NCBI RefSeq assembly: GCF_009914755.1
Contig: NC_060931.1
Length of the DNA: 64,000 bases
Strand: one strand, 5' to 3'
Origin: the human T2T-CHM13v2.0 reference genome, Homo sapiens
The notes below the pieces were generated by a model. It had not been told where the DNA came from, searched no databases, and worked only from the letters and a program-made list of their open reading frames with translations. Positions 14,111 through 25,888 of this stretch are shown piece by piece (position 1 is the first letter of the stretch; each line of letters starts with the position of its first letter). The position numbers were made by a program, and so were the translations under genes.

Positions 14111-14409
14111 TTTTTTTTTTTTTTTTGAGGCAAGGTCTTGTGCTCTGTCACCCAGGCTGCTGTGCAGGGGTGTGATCATGGTTCGCTGCAACCTGAATCT
14201 CCCAGGCCCAAGCAATCCTCCCACCTCAGTCTCCTGAGCAGCTGGGACTATAGGTATGCACCACAACACCTGGCTAATTTTTGTATTTTTTGTCAAGACA
14301 GGGTTTCTCCATGTTTTGCCATATTGTTGAATTCCTGGGCTCAAGTGATGCGTCCTCCTTGGTCTCCTAGAGTGTTGGGATAACAGGTGTGCACCACTGC
14401 GCCCAGCCC
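14111..14409 (-). mobile_element. AluJ
   Basis: Diverged dimeric Alu with J-type gatcatggttcgctgc/ctcaagtgatgc. Short TSD tttgtc. Confidence 0.9.
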
Positions 14410-15619
14410 ACTTTGTCATTTCTGACATTCAAGGAATTCTCTTTTACTCCCTAAACTCCAAGTGTCACAGTGCCCAGATGCTAAGTCCTTAATTAAATAT
14501 ATGAATCCATATTCAGGCCAACCTCTCCTCCTCACTTGATTTACCGTAAGAATCAATCTTTCAGGACAATTTTGCTTCTAGAGGGTGATGATGAGGAAGA
14601 GGAAGAACAGAATGACAGTAACTACAACATTATTCTACATACTGAAGACACCAGATTCTCATAACTGGCACTATGGGGTTTGCAAGGCTTCATTATACAA
14701 CTTTTTGTGAAACCACATATTCATTCAACAATTACTTACTAGAACCAGTAATTACTTACTTAACTGCAATGAAACGATTGTTTAATTTTTTCCACCTTGC
14801 TTAGGAATGAGGAATAAGATACTATCTCAGATAACTGATGGATACCTACTTTGTATGCCTTTCACTGATTTAAAATTTTGTAATGACAATATTGCAAATT
14901 GTTGGCAATTGCTCTAGTAGAATGGTCCTTTTTTTCAACTTAATATATATGGGCATCTGAAATTTCTGGGTAAGAATGATAAAATCCAAATGAATAAATA
15001 TAGTATAGTACTTCAAAGATTTAAAAAAATAACTTATTCCTTTGAAGCTTCTAGTTCTCGTGATGGGAATGGGGAAGACAGCATACAATTGGGATATAGG
15101 GAAAGTAATTTTAAAATGAAAAACATGTATCACTACAAAATTATTTTTTAGATATATACTCCTGAGATACGAGAATAGGGTCTAAAATTCATGACATCCA
15201 TCCGTCTCTTCACTGAGCTTAGTTCTCCATCCTTGGTATAAAACATATTTAAGCGTCCCACCCCGGGGAAGAACAATTTCTGGAATTCAGTTAGTATTTT
15301 TGGAATTAGTACTATTTTAAGGAGAATATATCTTATAGTTTTGGTAGGATCAGTTATTGGTTTTAGACTATTTCTAAACCAAGCTATATTCTTAGCTACA
15401 ACACAGATAATCCCAGAATCCCGGCCCACCACAGAGAACTGAATGCGCAAGTGCAAAGTGAATGTGCCAAGATACAACATACCTTCAGCTTATTTTTCTG
15501 TAATATAAATATTTAAAAATTTTATCCTTGAAAAAGTACCATTTCCTGGCTTGTACAATGGTGGTATTGATGCATACATTTCTGAGTTAATTAGAAGATA
15601 AACACCTAGTACAGTTACA

Positions 15620-16620
15620 AACACATGTTTACTGAGGATCCCCTATGTTCCAGGCAGTATGCTGGCCCTGGAGCTAGTGCAATGGACTAGAGTCTTGACT
15701 TAAAGTCTCATCTAGTTGGGAAAGATTAAAAAACAAACATAAAAAATAAATGAGATAATTTCAGCTAAGTGCTATGAAGAAGAAGATAAAATAGGATAAT
15801 GTGGTGTAATGTGATAAACTATAACTAGATGTGGAGTTGTAGCTGAGAGGGTCAGAGAAGGAATGATGAAGACATGACATGAGCTAGAGGGTGTGGAGCA
15901 TTCCAAACAGATGAAAAATCAGCACGGACAAATGCCGAGCTAGAAGCAAGCTGGAGGAACAGAAAGAAGGCCACTGTGGCTGGAGAACCGTGGGCCCAAG
16001 GAAGAGTGGAGGCAGATCAGAAAGGCAGGGGGTGGGGAGCACTAGATCATGTAGGACTTCTGATTTTATTCTACAGGTCATGAGAAACCACTGGAGCTAA
16101 GTTTTCAGTAGGGAAGTTAGATAATTTTATTTCTGCTTTAATAAGGTCCCTCTGGTTGTTATACAGAGGATGGTCCATAAAGGGGCAGGAGCAGAAGTGG
16201 TGTGTTGAGTTAGGAAGCTGGTTGATGGGTTAAACTAGAACTATAGCAATGAAGATATTGAGAAGTAGTCAGATTGGGGATATCTTTTGGGGATAACACC
16301 AAAAGCACTTACTGATGGATTGGATGAAGACTGTGAAGGAAAGCAAAAAATCAAGAATTATGCCTAAACTTGGGGCTCAAACAACTGGCAGATAGGGAAG
16401 GCTTGAGTTTGGCAGAGGATTCTCGGTCAATGTTTTACATGGTTAGCTGACTATCTGTACCAAGAGCATGTGGGAGACGTCAGGCTGGAGAATAGGTATT
16501 TGAAGATTCTGGACTAAATGACATCACTTGATTAGAAAGTGTAGCCAAGGAAAAGAAGAAGGCTGACAGTGAAGCCTTGGATGTTCCCATGTTTAGAGGA
16601 AGAAGAGCCAAAAAAAGAGA
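15620..16620 (-). mobile_element. L2 LINE relic
   Basis: catgtttactgagg..ctatgttccaggcagtatgctgg, followed by the purine-rich antisense L2 body. Confidence 0.75.
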
Positions 16621-16933
16621 CTGCAACCAAGGAGTTTAGCACAGGCTAAATTTAGATGAGAAATAGCCTTCCTTCTACGCAGAAGAGCACTCTGCTATCT
16701 GTTGCCATGGTGATATAAACGGGTATATACTACCTGCAAGTTTTAATGGACTTTGTAAACAGATTCAATGCCTAGGGTGAGGAAGCATTTTCTAAAGAGA
16801 TTCTAACTTATCTGTTATTAGCTGAATCTAAGTGTCATTTGCCTATTTAGTGAGTCATTATTTATTTAGTGAGTCAGTCTTACAGTACCTTTAGAAAGAA
16901 ACTAGCTTTTCTTAAACCCATATTTCCTATCCC

Positions 16934-18153
16934 CCTACCACCACTATCAACCCCCTGTACCCCACCAAAGGTTCCCTTGGCTCTGCATAGCTCTGCCCCA
17001 GCTTCCTTTTAGTCCCTGGCTTTAGGCTGTCTCCAACCTAAGTCCCAAGATTCTTTCATTTTTAGTTCTGCTGCTCTTTTACATTAATGTAGCTTTTTAT
17101 AGGATTGGAGATTTTAAAAAACCTACTAAATAGCTGTTATATTTTTTGTTAGGATACATACACATGCATAATTCTGTCCTCTTTCTCTTCTGATATTTTC
17201 AGCTACTATAAGGGTTAGGAATTTGCAAAAGGATTTATTTCTGAGAGTCTTCAGAATCTAGACTGCATAAAAATGTTCTCCTTTAAGAAGTTGCTTGAGT
17301 TACTGAGTTTTCCCTTGGAATGAAAGATACTTGAAAGCACAATATGTATGTTCCTGATTGGAGCAGAGGGAAACAAATGGAAATTATTAGTAAGATTACA
17401 CTGAAATCTTACTAATTAGAAAGGTTACACTGAAGATTTTATTTCTCTCTACACTTTAGATCTGGGCTTCTGACTTTAGTAGTATAAACTCCCACAGTTG
17501 TTAGAGCTCACTCACTCTACATTTCCCCCTGAATTTGGAATATACTCAGTATTGACTCACTATTCTTCCATCCTTCAAATCATCTCTCCTATTCCACTCA
17601 GTGGTCAGCTGCTGGCACTGCTTTGATTTATCCCCCTGTCTACTCTCAGGCTGGCTGCTTAATTTTTGCTTAGCAGTATAGTCTTTAAAAAAAAACCCCA
17701 AATTTCAAAACTCTCAGTATGTGTGGGGGCAGAGGGGTGCAGAGTGGGGAGGGGCAGTAAAGTTGTGGTTTCTGTGGAGAAAATATTTCTTTGGAGTCAA
17801 AAGACTATATTAAAAGCTCGTCTTCCACAGAATATAGGTCACATTCCTGGTAAAAGTTTGGATGCCTGTTTTTTAAAAAAAACAGAATGTCTCTAAACAC
17901 CATAGTTAATATACTATAAGTGATATACTTTGAATAAGGCATAATAAGAGTCTACAATGTGCATAAATCAACTAGGTAAAACATTATAATAACCAATACT
18001 GTAAAAAGCTACATTAATGGAGAAGGGCAGAAGAACTAAAAATGAAAGAATCTTGGGACTCAGGTTGGAGAGAGCCTAAGGCCAGGGTAAGCTGGGGCAG
18101 AGTTCTGGAGAGACAAGGGATGCTGAAGGTGGGAGGCTGATAGCGGTGGTGGG
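16934..18153. repeat. Long-range inverted repeat: arms 16934-17108 and 17993-18153, 884-bp spacer
   Basis: Core 17014-17108 vs the reverse complement of 17993-18087 is 86/95 identical without gaps, including a 29-bp perfect run. The outer parts align with gaps. Confidence 0.93.
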
Positions 18154-20913
18154 AGTTTGTAGAGGGGTAAACAGTGAAAACAAAGGATATAGAAAACACA
18201 GGGTCTTGAGTGCCAAAAAGAAAATAAACTGGGAAACCACGTTCGCAAGTTAAAAGCCTTGAAAGATCTACTATACTGTGAGGAGTGAACTATTTTGAGT
18301 CAAATTGCTGTAGGTTAAGGCCCATCTTACAGTAAAAGATGGCATCACTGATCTATGAGGTCTTTTAAACCAGAACTATGTTATTCCAACATTCGACTTT
18401 GCTTCTTTAAAGAGACTTTATTGAACAGTCCTCTCAGGTGTCTTTCACAAATGTACTTTCTTTTTAAAATTATTTCCTGTTACTATGAAAAGTAGTTTGC
18501 ATCAAATACCAGGAGAGATGTGTGTGTGTTTTTAAAAACATGGTCTATTCAATTAGTGCAGCTATGATATTAGATTGAAAAAAATTTCCTTCCAAGATCT
18601 TTATCATTATGGTAGAGTATTTGTTCTTTGAATTTCTTGCCTTGTTTTTGGGATCACCTTATTATGCAACATCTGCTCTGAATTTCAAATGTGATAAACA
18701 GAGTATGAGTGTCGGTGGCAGATGGCTAATGACCAGCAGCGACAGGGCATTCAAGCCTGCCTTGTTTTCTGGGAAGCGATATTTTCATGTTAATTTGCTC
18801 TGTGTCCTGCAAAGATGAGACAAATCACCTGCTCGTAATTCAGGCAAAATGGAGACCACCAGGAGCTGAGAGGGGCCATGGCTTGATTCCTTTAGGAGTG
18901 AGAAGAGAAGAAGATCTGAGAGGCTTTCCTCATCTGCAGTACAGGGACCAGTCAGTCACTTTGCATTATGTCAAACTGAGAAAGATGAATCAGCCCTGGG
19001 CATCCCATACTGACATCAGAGCCACTGTTTACTGCAAGCAGATATTATTCATGAAAACAGACATTTCCCAGAGGCAAAAAACAGGTGCTATTAACAGTGT
19101 GTGTCAGTTTCTGAAGTCTGGGTTTTGTAAAATAAACCTAATAGTGTGTTTTATCTCTTACTAAAAATATTACAACCAATAGAAAACTCTAAGAAACATT
19201 CAATTGAAGATAAAATGAAATCTAATTCACAGAGAAAACGACCCACACAGACATGAACCTGGAGCTTTTCTGGCCCTCTCAAGCTCTATAGAATTCATTT
19301 ATCATAAAGATACATAAATAAAAAAAATTTTATTCCAAGATTGAATCATCAAAAGAGGCCATATGGTCTTGAGCTCAAAGAACCCTGTCCTATTTTAGAG
19401 GCTGCTGTTCTTTTGTGTGACCTTTCAGTGCCTCAAACTTGTGAAACTATATTGACAATTGCATCAAACATTTTTTTTTATCAAACATGTTTCATGCACA
19501 GAATGTCCACAGAATAATTTTAGGTTTTCAAAGAGTTTATAAAATAGTTGAGAAGCCAGGTCATATCCTAGGAAAGATTAATGTATTATACAGACAAGAC
19601 TAAATACCAAATGAATGATTTAGTAAAAGAGGGCATTACATTTGGAAAAGCCTGTACAGGAGAATATTTTACATAAGAGTCTCTCTCCATCTGTATCTTG
19701 CAGTGTACAGTTCTTATTCTGGGTGGCAGTTACAAATTACTAAGAAAAATGGTGAGCAAATTTCTTTACAGTTCTTTCTGACCCTCTCTCATAGGATGGC
19801 AGATGAAAGCATGAAAGAGAAAAATAAAAATCTGAGAGCTGTTTTTTTTTCTCATAAAGCTCCATAAATGGAAGGTGCTATATAAGCATAGATACTCTGA
19901 ATTTATCACGTACTCTAAAAGAAAAAATAACACAATCATTAAGGTGTCAATTATTGCCTCATAAATCTCAGCATGGAAACCCAGGAAGGCAATATTAAAT
20001 CTCAAATGAGCCAATAAAAATTTAATAAAGATGGCACTGAACTCCTCCACAAGTAAACAGACCCAAAGATAATATCCTGAATTAGAAAGAGGAAAGCCAG
20101 ATATGTCAACAATAAGTCTATGAGGGAAAATTAGAATATCTGTTGACTTCACAGGACAGCAGCCAACAGGCTGCTTTATGCAAATGTCATTGTCAACCAA
20201 GAATGGATGCACCTAAAGGACATCAAGAAAAGAGGTTAAATAATGTGATGAAAACCCCAAGATGAAGTATGAATGTGATTTCTATGTATGCTTTTTTTTT
20301 TTTTTTTTTTTTTTAGAATAAGGTATATTTAATGATGTTGGAAAGAATCACCTATGATTTTATTTTATTCTCATGAACTTCTCAATGAAAATTTTCAGTT
20401 CAGGCCTATACTCTTAATGTACTTTATTAAAGTCCCACATGAGCACCGTGCAATAATTAGAGTTTCCCCAATAAGTTTACCCAACTATCAACCTTTATTA
20501 GTACTTATGGCTTATGGTGTGGTTTAATGTCTTTTTTATTTTTCGAAAACAAATGGCACTTAAGTGCACTTCAAAAACTGTTAGGTGATATAAGTAAGCT
20601 AGAAAAGTAAGATCATCATGGGCTCTTTTCTAACAAACGTGTTGATGAAATGATAAGCAAAATGATGTTACCCCTATGATATCTAGTAAGACACCATGGA
20701 GCATCCTAGTTTTATCCAAGTACTGCCCAACTAATGCAATTTATGTCCTGAATGTGCATTAGAATATCCTGAGTTTCAGTGGCCTGTTAACTGGTAAACA
20801 GTGCCACAGAAAACACAACACTGGGTAGAGGAAAGTGGGTAGAGGAAAATCCCCTGAGCTTAAATGATCTTAGATGAGGTCTTGTTTTGATTTTCTATTT
20901 TATATATATTTCA

Positions 20914-21343
<430 letters not shown>

Positions 21344-21599
21344 ATAATTATTTAACAACATGATACGTTTTAATCTATGCAAGACAATGTCAATATTAAT
21401 ACCTATGATTTGGATCCTTTGAAAAGTAATTTAAATTTAAGTATTTTAAAAAATAGTTTGGCACAATATAGACTGTGCTTACTTATACATAAGTAGTCTG
21501 TTCTTGACTTGAAAATACCCCTAAACTACTTAAATAACCATACAGAATGTGTACCACAGGCTTGTGTTTGCATTTTATCTCTTCTCTTATACTCTAAAG

Positions 21600-21710
21600 G
21601 TCCTTCAGAGCAGGTCCTCTCTTTCTCATGCCTAATTCAATTTTGTGTCCCTGAACTGCCTAGCACAGAACCCTCCCTGCACAGAGTGAATATTCAATAA
21701 ATATCTGTAC
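21600..21710 (+). mobile_element. L2 3'-end fragment
   Basis: gcctagcacag...gcacagagtgaatattcaataaatatctg. Confidence 0.55.
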
Positions 21711-24069
21711 GAGTATAGTCAGAGAAGCTCTTATTCCAACAGAGCATTCTATATAAAGAATCAATTTCTGTGTTCCCAATAGGTTGTTCAGAATAACAAT
21801 ATTTGCTTGATCTAGTTATTAAGGCTTCCCATAAATGAGCCTATATAACAACAAAATATTTCTGTTCTCTGGCTGTGTGCTTTAAAATTTCAATTAACCA
21901 GAATTCAGATTCTCCTACTTAGCAGCTGTTTATTCTGCATTCCAATTCTTAAAAACAAGTCAATCACAGAAACAAAAGATACGAGTGTTGATTAAAAATA
22001 ATTTTGTATCAGTTATATATTCAGCCTAAAACTATCCATTTGATGGTTTTATTATGCTTTTAAATGATTATTCAAGTTTTCAACAATGACCTTAAAGCAT
22101 CACAAACACTCAAATTATTTTTTAAAAAACCTTATATTTAATAAGGAAGGAAAGTAGGTTAGTATAGTTCAGAATTTTTTTTTTAAATTAAGAATGAAGA
22201 TAAAAGAGTCTTCTAATTAGCTTTTAAGTTAGCAAAAAATGTTTGATTAACCACTAACATGTAAGTTAACTGCCTGAAATATTTCATTTGACTATGGTTT
22301 ATTTTACTATGAAAACATCAATACAACATTAGCCACAAACCTTCAATAACTAGAGCCCCTTGCCCCCAACTCCACCTCGTATCTGACAATTTGGATCAAG
22401 GGGTGCTGATCCTAATGGCTGAAGAAATTTAACAGCCTCCAGGACAATCCCTGTTCAACACGGAATGAAGTGACATTCCCTTTCCTGGAGATAGACAAAA
22501 AGCTCAAAAAAAAAAAAAAATTAACTTTTAATGTCACCTTGTTCAAGAGCTTCTGGCAACAATCACCCCCTTCTAGCAAGCCTCCAGCTCCATCCTGGCT
22601 CAGCCACTGCCCCCTGTCTTCTCCTCCCCTTTCTTACTTTGGTGACCACCCTTCTGCCTGTTCCTTTTCCTATCCTGCTTGCCCCTCCACCCTCACCCTT
22701 GAGATTCCCCCCATTCCAATTCATTTCTACTCCTGCCTGATCAAACCTGAGTCTAGTAAACCACTCTGGCTTATCAACATTTTAACTGCACAGATGCCTT
22801 TGCAAATGATTCCACTCAGTAGCCTCCAATATACTAGGATAATTTAATATAATGCTCAAAAGATCTATGTAGGTGGTAATGTAAGATATAAAATATATGG
22901 TTGCCTCATCTGTCTGTTTTTTTAAAAAAAAGATACTCCCCAAATAACTTTGAACTTAGAAATGTATCAGAAAATGTCAATGATTTTTTGATAGTCTATG
23001 TTTAAAGCCTTTGAAAGTCATTTTAAAAATAATTTTGAAAATACTTACATCTAAAGAAAGCTTGACAATGTGTCTTATTTACTTTGTACCTATGTGTATA
23101 AATCATTGTGTAAGACACTGTCAGGACATGAGGATGATTGAATACATGAGATATGTACATTAAAAAATCCCAATTAAAGGCAGAAAACAAGATAAAGAGG
23201 TAGAGATATGCAGAACAAGTGTTATAAGGCATGTGAGATTACATCTAGCTATAAGAGTTGATCAAATGGCTTTTGAGACGGCACTTGAAAAATTTAGGTA
23301 GATAGCCTGGTGAGAAGGAGCAAAAGAAATGGCATGAGAAGGAAGGCCACCAAGGTGGAAAATCACAGATCATACCAAGAGAATGATGAGCAGTCCAATT
23401 TGCCTAGAAAACTGTATAAGAAAAAGGACTATGCCCTGCTCTGCATGCTGAACACAGGGTTTCTGACAAACTCATAAAGGAGAGAACTAAAGCTTCAGGG
23501 GTGGAATAGAATGCCAGAGGAAAGAGGGGTGCACAGACAGAAGATGGCCAAGAACAGGTAACTATCAGGCATACCTACATTTGGAGGGCCTTAATGTCCT
23601 TGAAACTGCTCAGGAAGAAATGGGACTATTGTTAAGCACCAGATTCTTTAATGAGAGCCAGATGGGAAAAAATACAATATTAATCTAAAACAAAAGGAAT
23701 AAATCATTCAATATGTCAAATTCTAAATGTATCAGTCAGTATCTGAGAACGTCATTTAGCTATCACTAAAGACATTTCTTAGTCTGTTGAGAAGATAAAC
23801 TATTTTTAGCTATTAACTTCTATCTAGAATGATGGTGAATTCTATAACTCATTTCTAAACAACGAATGATAAGGCAGGAGTCTGTTTAAGCTACCTAATT
23901 CACACAGACAAAAAGGTTTTCATGAAGACCCGCACATGATGTGTATAAATCTAAAAGATCTACGGGGAAGTTCAGTTAAGCAGAATGCAAATAACAACAA
24001 AACTTTATCAGCAGCATTTTCCATTAGACTTAAAGGTAGGAAGAACTTCCAGTCAATATACTGCATCTA

Positions 24070-24185
24070 GTTTACTGACCTCTAAGGATAGAAAGCATGT
24101 CTCAATCATCTTTGAATCCCAGGAGTTTGGCATAGTATCTGGTTACTTAGGCTTCCCTATAAACGTTTTATGAATAAGAAAAATG
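24070..24185 (+). mobile_element. L2 3'-end fragment
   Basis: catgtctcaatcatctttgaatccc..tggcatagtatctgg..ataaacgttttatgaataa. Confidence 0.55.
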
Positions 24186-24667
24186 AAGAAAGAAGGAGGG
24201 CCTAACAAGTAATATTTCAGATTCACATAGCATAGGTTGTCCCGGAGTTATTATACAATCATAATATACAATGTGCTCATGAATAATGTTCAAATTATGT
24301 CTCTCATAGACAATAAACCATCAGAAGAAGACTGAGCTATACTTACTAAACTATGTTTCCTAAGGTCTAAGACAATCTACAACTAAGTATTTTTAAATAA
24401 TTTTAATATGCATTAGAACTAAAGGTTTTTTTTTCCACTTAGTTCTAAAATTAATGAACTAGAATACATATGTCTGTACTTTGAACATCTCACTTAGTTG
24501 ATGAACTGGAATATATTCCAATCTTTGAACATTTTCTTTGATTTTTTTAACTATATACCGAATTCTAAAAGTTGTAATTGTGGCAATTTTCATAAGGAAA
24601 GAAAGCCATTGCTTAACAGACTATAATAGTCGACTGCCTGATAAGACATGAAGATGATTCTTGATAC

Positions 24668-24803
24668 CTTTATGGTTTCAGTGGGCACTCCAGGCTCTGG
24701 AACTTTATCCAAGTAAGTGGTCAAGTCTTGATCGACATGTTCAAACACTAAAGTTAGTTTGGTTTCTCTGTCTGTTCGTGACACTGTGCACACATCAAAC
24801 AAC
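24668..24803 (-). CDS. CDK6: CDK6 internal coding exon (exon 3, 136 bp): last base of R78, then [45 protein letters not shown] (to K123)
   Basis: The translation matches CDK6 kinase subdomains IV-V (hinge FEHVDQD). On the minus strand the acceptor is tttgttttttcttctag|G and the donor is AAG|gtatca. Length is 1+45x3=136. Confidence 0.98.
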
Positions 24804-24832
24804 CTAGAAGAAAAAACAAAGAGGTTAAGTAG
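24804..24832 (-). promoter_or_regulatory. CDK6: 3' splice site of the CDK6 exon: branch point, polypyrimidine tract and AG
   Basis: The minus strand reads ctacttAAcctctttgttttttcttctag. The yUnAy branch A is at about 24825, ~22 nt from the exon. Confidence 0.8.
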
Positions 24833-25888
24833 GTGGCAATAAGCAAAGAAGTAACCTGTATGTTTTATACATATCGCTCAATTTGGTCTCATAATAGAAA
24901 AAAAAGGCCAGTGTTGATCATTTCTTGTGATCATATGTAAAGATATCAAATGAGATCTGATACTTTAATAACAACATGAAGTTCAGGAGAGGGGCACTCA
25001 GAGTGTGCGGTTAAGCATGAGAACATCTATAGTAACAATGAGAAAGCAACGCGCTTGGAGCACAAGAACGCTTGGAGAGTTTCCTTAGTTAGGACCTTAG
25101 ATAGAACTTGCCAATGGGGATAATTTCAAAAACTTGATGTCTAGGCAAAATATGTTTCTTCTTAGCTCACAGTTTGAGAATTACTAGAGATAGATTGAGC
25201 ATCCTTTGGAGATGCTGAATGTTGTAATCAAGATTTTCCTGGAATTTAAGGTGTCACAACCATGTCTGTGAAAACAAATATGATGGAATATGGAGAAATT
25301 TAGTTTATTTCTAAGACAGCCCTCATCCTGCTGAGTCAAATCATTCCCTGGAAAGGGCATACATTCTTAGTTTTTAAAATTCCAATACCATGTTAATCAA
25401 CATTGTAAAATTTAAACTTTTTTTTCAGGGGTAGGGGGACCTGCATTGGTAAACTATATTGCCCTTAAATAATAAAGCAACAGATTAACAAATGTTTTGG
25501 ATGGGTGAATCCAGTTTCTTCCATAAAAATCTTAAAATAAGACAAAATTTAAGTTTTAAAAACTAAGCCTTCAGGAGTCAAAAGAATATTCAAGCCAAAG
25601 GACAAAATTTCCTTTCGTTTCAACCACAGTACACTATTTAGCACAACAGATTCTCACCAAATGTTTGAAGAATTAAACTACCCATAAACAAGCTGTAAGT
25701 ACATTTCTTAACAAGAATGTAATATAAATACTAAGAAAAAGCTAATAAAATACTATTCATATTACTTTAATTTTTAAAAAAAATTGAATAAATGCCTTCT
25801 TCAAAGAAACTATAAATGTGCATAGAGTCCAATAACTGATGCACAGGGTTGACTATCAATTATCCTGCTTACATATTACCTCCGTTAA

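Noticed and set aside
24590-24802. 70-aa ORF as a standalone gene or pseudogene
   Set aside because: It is the CDK6 exon plus intron read-through, bounded by canonical AG/GT splice sites.
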